From a virus (Duplodnaviria; Caudoviricetes), in IMG/VR virus record IMGVR_UViG_3300022181_000007, positions 1 to 25,785 of that record: a DNA stretch of 25,785 bases. One strand, given 5' to 3'. A program made the translations under genes and the position numbers. A model generated the notes under the pieces. That model had not been told where the DNA came from. It searched no databases and was given only the letters and a program-made list of their open reading frames with translations. Shown here one piece after another: positions 15,062 to 24,023 of the stretch. Numbering within the stretch: position 1 is the stretch's first letter; each line of letters begins with the position of its first letter.

Positions 15062-15514
15062 ATGCCCACGAAGCCGGCCAGAATGTGCAAATACCCATAC
15101 TGCCCCAACCTCACCTATGATCCATCCGGCTATTGTGACATCCATGCGGCTATGCGCCAGGCTGGCAGGATGCCTGACAAGCGCCCATCTTCGCCGCGGC
15201 GAGGCTATGGACGCGACTGGCAGAAGGTCCGCGCTGAAGTGCTCACCAAGGCAGGAATCCCTCGCGATCTCTGGCCGCTCTATGATGTTGACCATAACCC
15301 GCCATACAATCCTGCAATCGAGCCTGATCATCGAAAATACACGCTGATTCCAAGGCTGCATGGCGAGCACTCGAGCAAAACGAACCGTGAAGATGGAGGT
15401 TTTGGCCACAGACGGGGGGAGTCGATATCTTTGCAATCTTTTGCCGTAAACCGGATGCGTTGCTCGATGTCCCACACTACGGATTCCCGGGGTAAGGGGG
15501 TGCGCCATGCCTAA
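15062..15514 (+). CDS. Terminase-associated HNH endonuclease-like protein
   Basis: MPTKPARMC.YP.CP.L...YC..H, RGYG..WQK.R, VDH, H..KT..EDGGFG; positioned before terS. Confidence 0.8.
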   Translation: MPTKPARMCKYPYCPNLTYDPSGYCDIHAAMRQAGRMPDKRPSSPRRGYGRDWQKVRAEVLTKAGIPRDLWPLYDVDHNPPYNPAIEPDHRKYTLIPRLHGEHSSKTNREDGGFGHRRGESISLQSFAVNRMRCSMSHTTDSRGKGVRHA

Positions 15515-16001
15515 GCCGCGCGTGCCGACCCAGATTAAGGTAATCCGCGGGACTTTCCGGCGGAACGAAGCGCCAGCCAATGAGCCTCAGCCCGACTTGC
15601 TTAAAGCAGCCCCCAAGCCTCCTGCGCACCTTAATAAATGGGCAAAGCGCATGTGGAAAGACATCGCAGGCAAGCTGCTGGCGCTCGGCATGCTCACGGA
15701 TATCGATCTCTATACCCTCGAAGTGCTCTGCGAGCAGTACGGCATTTACCGTGAGCTCAAAGATGCGATCACGCATCGAGAGACGCCTGCTGGGCGCGAG
15801 AAGATCAGCATCGCGCAATACCTGGCCGGCCAGAACTCCCAGACCATCCCGGAATATGCCGCCATGCGGGCGGCGTTCGAGCGCTACACTGCCCTCTTAA
15901 AAGAATTTGGACTTTCGCCTGCTTCGCGCAGTCGAATGGATATCCCTCGCGAGCCTCCAAAGGCTGTTGATCCGATGGAGGAATTGCTGAATGCGAAATA
16001 A
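15507..16001 (+). CDS. terS: Terminase small subunit, P27 family
   Basis: P.PT..K..RG, PP.HL...AK..W and EFGLSPASRSR. Confidence 0.92.
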   Translation: MPKPRVPTQIKVIRGTFRRNEAPANEPQPDLLKAAPKPPAHLNKWAKRMWKDIAGKLLALGMLTDIDLYTLEVLCEQYGIYRELKDAITHRETPAGREKISIAQYLAGQNSQTIPEYAAMRAAFERYTALLKEFGLSPASRSRMDIPREPPKAVDPMEELLNAK

Positions 16002-17778
16002 GTGGCTTTTTCTGGCGGTGGCAATTATGACGGCAAGTTTGCGACCTGAAATCCTCTATGCAGAAAAAGTCTTGAACGGTGAAATTGTCGCTTGCAAGCT
16101 GGTCAAGCTTGCTTGCCAGCGTCATCTGGATGATTTGAAGCGCCAGAACACGGAGAAATTCCCTTACACATTTGACGCTGCACGAGCTGATCATGCGATC
16201 GCTTTTATCGAACAGCTCCGGCATGTTGAAGGCCCGTCTGCCTCAACAATCGGTGGCCGCGACAATCGGATAAAGCTTGAGCTCTGGCAAAAATTCTTTG
16301 TTGGCAATTTGTTTGGCTGGCGAAGAGCTGATGGTACACGGCGATTCCGGCATGTCTATTTCGAGGTTGCCAGAAAGAATGCAAAAACAACTCTTGGTGC
16401 GGGCATTGCCAATTATATCTTCTGGGCGGACCGCCCCGCCGATCCTGGATGCCAGATATATTTTGCTGCGACCAAACAGGAACAGGCAGCTTTGGCATGG
16501 AGAATTGCCAGGCTGCAGATTGAGCGACATCCGGTATTGAAGAATCTCGGGAAAACATACGAGTCGAAGCAGTACATCGTTAAAACAATGAAGGATGCAA
16601 AAGGAAGGCCAATCTCCGATTGGTCAAGCCGTATGCGTCCGCTCGGACAGGATTCAAAGACAGAAGATGGCCTCAATCCATCGCTTGCAATCATCGATGA
16701 ATATCATGCTCATCCGACGAGCGAAATTCTGGATGTGCTCGAGTCTGGCATGATGGCTAGGCTCCAGCCGCTTACTCTGATTCTCACGACCGCGGGAAGC
16801 AATTTCGATGGGCCATGCTACCAGGTAGAGCGTCCGCTCGCAGTCGGTATCCTTGAAAAGACTCTGCAACCAATTCCGGAAGACGTCTTTGCACTTATCT
16901 ATACACTCGATGAAGGCGACGATTTCGCCGATCCGAAAGTATGGATAAAAGCAAACCCGAACCTCGGCGTATCAGTGATGCCGCAATTACTAGAATCGCG
17001 TGTCGCGATGGCTTTGGCGGCACCGGCGCGGGCCCGCGATGTAAAAACAAAAAATTTCAATATCTGGCAGCAAAGTATCAATCGCTGGATTACTGATGAT
17101 ATTTGGATGGCATGCGCTGAGCCGGTCGATGAAGAGACTTTGGCTGGGCGGCATTGCACGCTTGGTCTTGACTTATCAACAAATACGGACCTTACCGCAA
17201 TTTGCGCAGCGTTCCCTCCTGCAGAGCCAGGCGAAAAATGGAAAACAATCTGGCGGCTCTTTATGCCGATGGACAATCTCCTTGAACGCGAACGCCAAGA
17301 CAAAGTTCCATATACCGAGTGGGCGCGCCTGGGGCTCATCATCCCAACCGATGGCAACACTGTCGATTATGACTTTATCGAACAAGAAATACGCATCTTC
17401 GGCGATAAGTACCTGATAGATGAAATTGCTTATGACCCTTTCAAGGCTGGTGAAGTTGTTGCCCATCTCTCAAGCGAATTTACTATGGTTGCTGTACCGC
17501 AGCGGTACAACCCGATGGCCATTTACTCCGATATTTTCGAGCGGCTGGTCCGCAAAGGCGAACTCGCACATGGCGGGCACCCTATTTTGCGCTGGATGAT
17601 GTCCTGCACTGAAGTCAAAGCGGATCGCCAGGGCAATATCATGCCCATGAAACCGCGGCGCGAAACAAGCGGAAAGCGCATAGATGGAATCGTCGCTGCA
17701 ATTATGGCGATTGGCCGGGCATCGATTACCAATGGCGGTGAAACTGGATTTGCCAAAGCTGATGAGGTGGTAGGATGA
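15991..17778 (+). CDS. terL: Terminase large subunit
   Basis: Walker A ARKNAKTT, Walker B IIDEYH, TTAG, KANPNLG, nuclease GLDLS...DLTA and RIDGIVA. Confidence 0.97.
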   Translation: MRNKWLFLAVAIMTASLRPEILYAEKVLNGEIVACKLVKLACQRHLDDLKRQNTEKFPYTFDAARADHAIAFIEQLRHVEGPSASTIGGRDNRIKLELWQKFFVGNLFGWRRADGTRRFRHVYFEVARKNAKTTLGAGIANYIFWADRPADPGCQIYFAATKQEQAALAWRIARLQIERHPVLKNLGKTYESKQYIVKTMKDAKGRPISDWSSRMRPLGQDSKTEDGLNPSLAIIDEYHAHPTSEILDVLESGMMARLQPLTLILTTAGSNFDGPCYQVERPLAVGILEKTLQPIPEDVFALIYTLDEGDDFADPKVWIKANPNLGVSVMPQLLESRVAMALAAPARARDVKTKNFNIWQQSINRWITDDIWMACAEPVDEETLAGRHCTLGLDLSTNTDLTAICAAFPPAEPGEKWKTIWRLFMPMDNLLERERQDKVPYTEWARLGLIIPTDGNTVDYDFIEQEIRIFGDKYLIDEIAYDPFKAGEVVAHLSSEFTMVAVPQRYNPMAIYSDIFERLVRKGELAHGGHPILRWMMSCTEVKADRQGNIMPMKPRRETSGKRIDGIVAAIMAIGRASITNGGETGFAKADEVVG

Positions 17779-18980
17779 AATTTGGCGAAAGATTGAGACT
17801 TGCGGCACGCGCCCTGATATTTGGCAGCGATGATTGGGTCCGCGCGCTGAAAGGATACTATGAAACGGCCTCCGGACAGATAGTGACCGCCGATACCGCC
17901 ATGCGGATCGCAACAGTGAATGCCTGCGTGCGGATCCTTTCCGAGACAGTCGCATCACTGCCTTTGCATGTCTATCAGCGGCTTGATAATGGCGGCAAGG
18001 AGCGGGCATCAGATCATCCATTATATGAGCTTTTACATTCGCGGCCCAATCCCTGGCAAACAAGTTTCGAATTCCGCGAGCAGATGATGTCGCATTTGCT
18101 TCTGCGGGGCAACTTTTATGCAGTTAAACTCTATCATGGCGACTTGATCATTGATGATCTTATTCCTCTCAATCCTGACAATGTGACAGTGCTACAGTTG
18201 CCTGATTATTCATTGCAATATCAGATATTGACTGGTACTGGATCAGAATCGATTATTTTAGGGCAGAAAGACATCTTACATATCCGTGGGTTGTCAAAAA
18301 ATGGAATCCTTGGCGAATCTGTCATATCGCAAGCTCGCGATGTATTCGGATCGGCATTGGCGACCCAGGAATATGCCGGGAAATTCTGGCGCAACGATGC
18401 AACTCCAGCAGGAATTATCAAGGTAGCAAAAAAACTTGAAAAAGGCGAAGCAGACCGCATACGCGAAATCTGGAACGATGATCATGCTGGCTCAGGGAAT
18501 GCGCACAAATTGCATGTGCTTGGCGACGGGGCCAGCTTCGAAAAAATTGAAATGACAGCCGAGGATAGTCAGCTTATTGAGACCAGGCGTTTTCAGAGAT
18601 CTGAAATTGCATCCCTTTTCAAAGTCCCGCTCATGCTTCTGCAGGCTGATACTCAAACAACTACTTATGCAAGTTCCGAGCAATTCATGCTGGCATTTAC
18701 CATGCATAGCATTCGCCCCTGGCTTGTGCGCATCGAGCAGGCACTGCAAATGCAGCTCTTTACCGCGCCGCAGAAATATTTCCCAGAATTTAACCTTGAC
18801 GGACTGCTCCGCGGCGATCTCAAGAGCCGCTATGAAGCCTATAAGATCGCCCGTGATGCGGGCTGGATGTCAAAGAATGATATCCGCGAGAAGGAAAATA
18901 TGAACCCAATTGAAAACGGCGACGATTATCGTTCGCTTGCTGAACTGCAGAACGCAAAGAACCTCACAGGAGGCGCATGA
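17775..18980 (+). CDS. Portal protein, HK97 family
   Basis: V.ACV.ILSETVASLPL, PNPWQT, LLRGN.Y, ILHIRG, LLRGD..SR and N.IR..EN..P. Confidence 0.96.
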   Translation: MKFGERLRLAARALIFGSDDWVRALKGYYETASGQIVTADTAMRIATVNACVRILSETVASLPLHVYQRLDNGGKERASDHPLYELLHSRPNPWQTSFEFREQMMSHLLLRGNFYAVKLYHGDLIIDDLIPLNPDNVTVLQLPDYSLQYQILTGTGSESIILGQKDILHIRGLSKNGILGESVISQARDVFGSALATQEYAGKFWRNDATPAGIIKVAKKLEKGEADRIREIWNDDHAGSGNAHKLHVLGDGASFEKIEMTAEDSQLIETRRFQRSEIASLFKVPLMLLQADTQTTTYASSEQFMLAFTMHSIRPWLVRIEQALQMQLFTAPQKYFPEFNLDGLLRGDLKSRYEAYKIARDAGWMSKNDIREKENMNPIENGDDYRSLAELQNAKNLTGGA

Positions 18981-19792
18981 TGATACGGTCAAAATGGTAT
19001 GCAATCGACATAGCTCCCGATTATGCCGAAATCTCGGTTTTTGATGAAATTGGTGGATTCGGCGTTTCGGTAACCGATTTCAAAGAGCAGTTTGATTCGA
19101 TAAAAAATGCAAAACAGATTCGGCTTTTACTGAATAGCCCTGGCGGGGCTGTTACTGAAGGCATGGCGTTCTACAACCTGCTCGCCTCTGTCCGCGATAA
19201 ACTCACGGTCGAAGTAATCGGACTTGCGGCATCGATGGCATCAGTGGTGGCGCTTGCCGGATCGAAACTCGTTATGGATGAGGGCACCTACCTCATGATC
19301 CATAACCCATGGACCATTACCTGGGGTGATGCGGATCAGCTGCGGAAAGATGCTGATGTGCTCGACAAGATGCGGTCAGAATTGATTTCGATTTATGCCG
19401 CGCATTCCAAGCTCTCGCCAAAAGAGATTGGCCAGATGATGGATGATGAGACCTGGCTGACCGCGCAAGAGGCATTTGATTCCGGTTTTGCCGATGAAGT
19501 GCGCGAAACTGTGCAGGCAGCTGCGCTGTATGATGTATCAAAAATTGGATTCAAAAAGATTCCAATGGCGCTCAAGCATCTTGATTTTCGCTCAATAAAA
19601 ACAATTCGCGACTTCGAGGCGTTCCTGCGGGACGCAGGCGCGACTCGCGCGGAGGCTGCTGCTATCGCCTCCGGCGGATGGAAGGCGCTCCAGCGGGATG
19701 CGGAGCAACCGAAATCCGAAGATGATGGCGAAATAAAAGAGGCTCTTAGCGGGCTGATATCAATCCTAAAAGGAGAAAGCAATGGACTCTGA
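18977..19792 (+). CDS. Head maturation protease, ClpP-related
   Basis: NSPGG, GLAASMAS, MIHNPW and ETWLTA.EA...GFAD. Confidence 0.95.
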   Translation: MMIRSKWYAIDIAPDYAEISVFDEIGGFGVSVTDFKEQFDSIKNAKQIRLLLNSPGGAVTEGMAFYNLLASVRDKLTVEVIGLAASMASVVALAGSKLVMDEGTYLMIHNPWTITWGDADQLRKDADVLDKMRSELISIYAAHSKLSPKEIGQMMDDETWLTAQEAFDSGFADEVRETVQAAALYDVSKIGFKKIPMALKHLDFRSIKTIRDFEAFLRDAGATRAEAAAIASGGWKALQRDAEQPKSEDDGEIKEALSGLISILKGESNGL

Positions 19793-20963
19793 TGTAAAGG
19801 AAATGCTCGATAATCTTGGCAAGGAATGGAAGGCGTTTCGCGATGTGAACGACCAGCGCCTTGCGGCGATCGAAGCGAAGCAGGGGCATGCGGAGCTCGA
19901 CGCGAAGCTTGCTGCAATCGAAAAAGAGCTTACCGAAAGCAAAGCGCAGATCAACCGCGTCATGCTTGGCGCGCGACTGGGCGGCGCTGAGGAAAAGAGC
20001 GAGCTCTATCGCGCCTTCACCGATTGGATGCGCGATCCGGGCCGCTCCCAGCAATTCAAGGCAGCCGTGCAGGTGCAGACCGGCGGCGATGGCGGCTATC
20101 TTGTACTGCCCGAGCTCGAAAAAACCCTGCAGCGTGTGGTTAGCGACAGCGTGGCAATGCGTCAGCTTGCCAATGTGAAGACTATCGGCGGCAAATCCTA
20201 CCTCAAGAATGTCAACAAGGGCGGGATCACCGGCGGATGGGCTTCTGAGGGAGAGACTAGAAGCGGGAATAACACGACTCCTGGGCTCGCACAGATCGAA
20301 ATTATCCCGCGCGAGCTCTATACCCTGCCCTCAGCATCGCAGGAAGCGCTCGACGACCTCGATTTCGATGTGGCGGCATGGCTGGCTGAGGAAGCCGGAA
20401 TCGCATTCTCCAGCCTTGAGGATGCAGCGTTTATCGCTGGCGATGGCAACGGCAAGCCAAAGGGGTTCCTCGCTGAAACGATGGTGGCGAACAGTTCATG
20501 GGCCTGGGAGAAGATCGGCTACATCCTCTCTGGTGCAGCCGGAGCATTTCCCACAACCCATCCCGGTGATGTGCTGATCGATCTCATCTATGCGCTCAAG
20601 GCAGGCTACCGCAATGGTGCAGCATGGATCATGAATGATCTCACCCAGTCTGTAGTGCGCAAGTTCAAAGATGGTCAGGGAAACTACCTCTGGCAGCCTT
20701 CTTTCCAGCTTGGCAAGCCTGATACCCTATGCGGCTACCCGGTCATGATTTCCGACAGCATGCCCGATATAGCGGCCGATGCTTATTCGATAGCATTCGG
20801 CAATTTCAAACAGGGCTACCAGATTGTCGACCGCAAGGGTGTCCGCGTACTCGCAGATCCTTATACCACGAAAGGCGCAGTGACCTTCTATACCTACAAA
20901 CGCGTGGGCGGAGCGGTCGCTGACTATAATGCGATTAAGGTTATCAAATTCGCGGCGGCTTAG
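19782..20963 (+). CDS. Major capsid protein, HK97 fold
   Basis: Coiled-coil delta domain, DGGYLV.PE, GDG.GKPKG, KD..G.YLWQP, FGNF..GY.IVDR and RVGG. Confidence 0.97.
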   Translation: MDSDVKEMLDNLGKEWKAFRDVNDQRLAAIEAKQGHAELDAKLAAIEKELTESKAQINRVMLGARLGGAEEKSELYRAFTDWMRDPGRSQQFKAAVQVQTGGDGGYLVLPELEKTLQRVVSDSVAMRQLANVKTIGGKSYLKNVNKGGITGGWASEGETRSGNNTTPGLAQIEIIPRELYTLPSASQEALDDLDFDVAAWLAEEAGIAFSSLEDAAFIAGDGNGKPKGFLAETMVANSSWAWEKIGYILSGAAGAFPTTHPGDVLIDLIYALKAGYRNGAAWIMNDLTQSVVRKFKDGQGNYLWQPSFQLGKPDTLCGYPVMISDSMPDIAADAYSIAFGNFKQGYQIVDRKGVRVLADPYTTKGAVTFYTYKRVGGAVADYNAIKVIKFAAA

Positions 20964-20975
20964 GCTGAGGTTAAC

Positions 20976-21003
20976 AAGGCAGTAGCTATCTAGCTACTGC
21001 CTT
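20976..21003 (+). terminator. Hairpin after the capsid gene (terminator or mRNA stabiliser)
   Basis: Perfect 13-bp inverted repeat AAGGCAGTAGCTA-tc-TAGCTACTGCCTT with a weak U-tract. Confidence 0.6.
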
Positions 21004-21005
21004 CC

Positions 21006-21581
21006 ATGGAGGAGATGATGCTGAGCACTGATGCGCTGACAAGCTGGGAAACCGCAAAAACCATGCTGGGCTTTGCTGATGACCAACAATCGGTTGTCGA
21101 ATTCCTCATCAATGCTGTCTCGGCGACTGCAAATCGCATCTCGGGCCGTAGGCTGAAGGCAAGGGATTATGATCTGCGCCTAAATGGCACCGACAAAAAT
21201 TCGATAGTATTGCCCGAGTATCCCATCGTCTCTCTGTCAAAGGTATATATCGATGGCAATCGGGAATTTCCTCCGGAATCGGAAATTGATCCTGATATGG
21301 TTTCTATCGATCCGGATGGAGGGATAATTCGGCTACATGACATGATTTTCCCCGCCGGGATTGGAAATGTGCGGGTAATCGCCAAACTTGGCTATGATCC
21401 GGTGCCCCAGGACCTAGAACTCGCTGTACTCGAAGCAATCTCATACAACAGGCGGCGACTGGAATCCGGTACAACCGGCATGCGGCAAGTCAGTGTTGAT
21501 GGAACTGTCACCTCGCAATATGAACTCGGCCTGCCACTCTCCATTCGCGAAGTATTCGAAGGATATCGGAGCAACCTATGA
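21006..21581 (+). CDS. Head-tail connector (gp6/gp8-like)
   Basis: LI.A.S....., L..YPI, GY..VP.DL..A; follows the capsid gene. The real start is probably 21015 or 21018, after GGAGGAG. Confidence 0.8.
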   Translation: MEEMMLSTDALTSWETAKTMLGFADDQQSVVEFLINAVSATANRISGRRLKARDYDLRLNGTDKNSIVLPEYPIVSLSKVYIDGNREFPPESEIDPDMVSIDPDGGIIRLHDMIFPAGIGNVRVIAKLGYDPVPQDLELAVLEAISYNRRRLESGTTGMRQVSVDGTVTSQYELGLPLSIREVFEGYRSNL

Positions 21582-22024
21582 TCTCGATGACGGTCCAAAC
21601 AAAAAAATACGGAGATCTCGGAAAATTCGCGGATAACGAGCTCCTCAAAATGTCTGCCAGAATCACTTCTCTATGGGGAGAAAGCCTCGCGAATTATATC
21701 AGAGAAAACCAGCTGTCTGGTCAGGTCCTGCAAGTTGTAACAGGCGAAACACGAGCCTCAATGGGCTTCTACAAGCTCAAAAAAGACAAGAAAGCAACAA
21801 TGGTTGTAAGACCAGGCAAAGGTGTAAAGGGGCATCTCAATTACCTCGCAGGGATGCAACGCGGCATGCTTGCGGGGCGCGGGCGTAAAGTACTTATACG
21901 GCCAAAGCCATTCATGAAGCCTGGCTTTCGAGCATGGCGGGCAACCGGCGAGCCTCGGCGCATCAAAGAAGAGGTATTCCAGGCATATCTGAAGCATAGC
22001 TTTGCATCGGGAGGCAGCGCATGA
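21578..22024 (+). CDS. Neck/tail-completion protein (HK97 gp10-like)
   Basis: V.TG..R.S and C-terminal I.PKPFMKP motifs; gene position. Confidence 0.65.
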   Translation: MISMTVQTKKYGDLGKFADNELLKMSARITSLWGESLANYIRENQLSGQVLQVVTGETRASMGFYKLKKDKKATMVVRPGKGVKGHLNYLAGMQRGMLAGRGRKVLIRPKPFMKPGFRAWRATGEPRRIKEEVFQAYLKHSFASGGSA

Positions 22025-22467
22025 AGATCTGGAATATCTACCGCACTGTGAAAGGCTATCTTGAGCAAAATCTCAATTCAAAAATTGAGGCGCTCGCTAC
22101 TGATGCAAATATTGCCTGCGCAGCGGCTAAAGCATTCTGGGTTGGATGGAGAGATCCATTCAACCTCAAGGATTACAACTCGGTATTTGTGGTCCCTGAT
22201 ACCCTCAAGCGTAACGATGATGCAGTAACCGATGATGTCTCTATTGCGATTATCGCGGCATTAAAATCCCCGACTCCTGATTCTCTCTCTGACCAGATGG
22301 GTATCTATGCCGACGCAATCGCTACGGTTATCGAAGATGATCCTACATTAGGAGGTGTCGCATTTGAAGCAAATGTCATCGATTTCGATTTTTCACTGCC
22401 TGCACCAGGCTCTCCGCTGATTGGTGCACTCACCGCAATAATCATGGTCCGCATGGACCGAATCTAA
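22021..22467 (+). CDS. Tail terminator-like protein
   Basis: Acidic, DPTLGG motif, immediately before the tail tube gene. Confidence 0.6.
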   Translation: MKIWNIYRTVKGYLEQNLNSKIEALATDANIACAAAKAFWVGWRDPFNLKDYNSVFVVPDTLKRNDDAVTDDVSIAIIAALKSPTPDSLSDQMGIYADAIATVIEDDPTLGGVAFEANVIDFDFSLPAPGSPLIGALTAIIMVRMDRI

Positions 22468-22489
22468 GATCAATCTTGGGAGGATTGTA

Positions 22490-23134
22490 ATGGCAAATCG
22501 ATTTTCTGGTACGAAAAATTATCTGTATCTGGGCTCGCTCGGAACTGAGGTAACCACTGGGAGTCTCTCTGGCGAGAAATTCTTCAAGATCACCGCGAAA
22601 GGCGCCTCGAGCGCATTCCCGGCGGATTCGGTGGCCAATGATGTCGTCTACAACAAGCCGGCCATCACGCTCGCATCTGGCGACAAAGCGAAACCAATCG
22701 AGCTTACCAAGCTGGGCTTTGTGACGAATGTGCCGCAGAGCGCATCCAAGGAAAAATATGAAAATACCGTGCAGACGGATGTCGCTAAATCATATGAGGA
22801 AGGCGACAAGCCGGAAATTTCCGGCACCATCGACGGCTATTTTACCGATGATGCAAATGCGGATCTCATCCTCAAACGATTCTTCCGCCTTATCGATGAC
22901 AACGGCGCCGGGCAGAAAACATATCAGCCGATCGAAACCGGCGTTCTGCATTTCTTCCTTGGGCGCAGGGAAACAACCACCGTTGGTCAGGTTGAAGTCA
23001 TGGAATATATGCCGGCAATTATCGACAGCCTCACCGTTGATAAGCCGATGAACGGCCCGCAGACCTTCAACTTCGCCTACACCGTGATCGGCAATGAAAT
23101 GCCGTCGATCACCAGACGTACCATAACGGCATAG
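22490..23134 (+). CDS. Major tail (tube) protein
   Basis: Strong RBS, beta-rich T/G/S composition, size, and position before the chaperones. Confidence 0.7.
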   Translation: MANRFSGTKNYLYLGSLGTEVTTGSLSGEKFFKITAKGASSAFPADSVANDVVYNKPAITLASGDKAKPIELTKLGFVTNVPQSASKEKYENTVQTDVAKSYEEGDKPEISGTIDGYFTDDANADLILKRFFRLIDDNGAGQKTYQPIETGVLHFFLGRRETTTVGQVEVMEYMPAIIDSLTVDKPMNGPQTFNFAYTVIGNEMPSITRRTITA

Positions 23135-23138
23135 GGCT

Positions 23139-23396
23139 ATGGCGGTATTGAAAATTAGGGCCGGGGCGAACCCGGCCGACCCTGCCGACGTACAACTATG
23201 GTTTGGTGAGGAAGCCATAGAAAATGCAAAAGTGATCGAAGCATACAATGATCACGGGAAAAAGCGAGTGATCGCAGAGATTATCTGGGAGGAAAAACTT
23301 GGAAGAAAAGAAGTCGAAAAGAGTGACAAGCGCAAAGGTGACAACCTACGAGCCGGATCTGTCGTGGAACAAATGGAAGGAACAGCCCAAAAATAA
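23139..23396 (+). CDS. Hypothetical protein between tail tube and chaperone
   Basis: Fills the gap after the tube gene but overlaps the next ORF by 98 nt. Confidence 0.4.
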   Translation: MAVLKIRAGANPADPADVQLWFGEEAIENAKVIEAYNDHGKKRVIAEIIWEEKLGRKEVEKSDKRKGDNLRAGSVVEQMEGTAQK

Positions 23397-23697
23397 TGCT
23401 CCTGGCATTCCTATGCCTGATGACGAGAAGGTGAAGGTCGAGATCACCTGGCCGGATATCGAGACTTTCGAGCGATTGATCGGGAATGATTCAACCTTCG
23501 CAACATTCATAACCCTTACCAAGCACTGTGCGACGAAGATTACTGGCTTCAGCTTGCATGGCGAGCCAATCGAAACCGGCGCTGAGCTGGCAGCGGTCCG
23601 TGCCGGGCGCACGAGCAAGGCGCGAGAGTTGGCAATCAATATTGGGTCCTACATTTTCAAGGAAAGCCTCCTGGATGAGGAAGAGGAAAAAAACTGA
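23299..23697 (+). CDS. Tail assembly chaperone (gpG-like)
   Basis: GGAGG RBS with a TTG start; ends EEEKN* over a slippery sequence. Confidence 0.75.
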   Translation: MEEKKSKRVTSAKVTTYEPDLSWNKWKEQPKNNAPGIPMPDDEKVKVEITWPDIETFERLIGNDSTFATFITLTKHCATKITGFSLHGEPIETGAELAAVRAGRTSKARELAINIGSYIFKESLLDEEEEKN

Positions 23698-24023
23698 GAG
23701 CTGCGGCGCAATTGGCATTTGCTGATTGTGCCGCAGATGATCCGGATTGGGAAAATTTTGCGCCGGATGAATATGAAATTTTGCCATCATCGATTGATGA
23801 ATCAGGCAAAATGCTGGTTAAGCGGAGGGATGTGCCGAACTTATTAACTGATCCGCTTTTCCTGTCCGGCTGGAAGGAATGGACCAGATATCGAAGGTTC
23901 GGATTGCCGCATGGCGGCGGATGGCGGAATGAGAAACCTCTTGTAATTCGGGTCATTGAGGTATTCGAGCAGGAATTCGAAGCGAAGCAAGCTGCAGAGA
24001 TGGAGAAAATGCGCCATGGCTGA
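23688..24023 (+). CDS. -1 frameshift extension of the tail chaperone (gpGT-like)
   Basis: A AAA AAC at 23688-23694. The -1 frame reads KKLRAAAQLAFAD... with no stop into ORF 23712..24023. Confidence 0.8.
   Translation, partial: KKLRAAAQLAFADCAADDPDWENFAPDEYEILPSSIDESGKMLVKRRDVPNLLTDPLFLSGWKEWTRYRRFGLPHGGGWRNEKPLVIRVIEVFEQEFEAKQAAEMEKMRHG

Noticed and set aside
15991-16050. Signal-peptide-like N-terminus and RKNAKT Walker A variant in TerL
   Set aside because: The hydrophobic run is short and the start may be slightly downstream. RKNAK(S/T) is a familiar variant in this terminase family.
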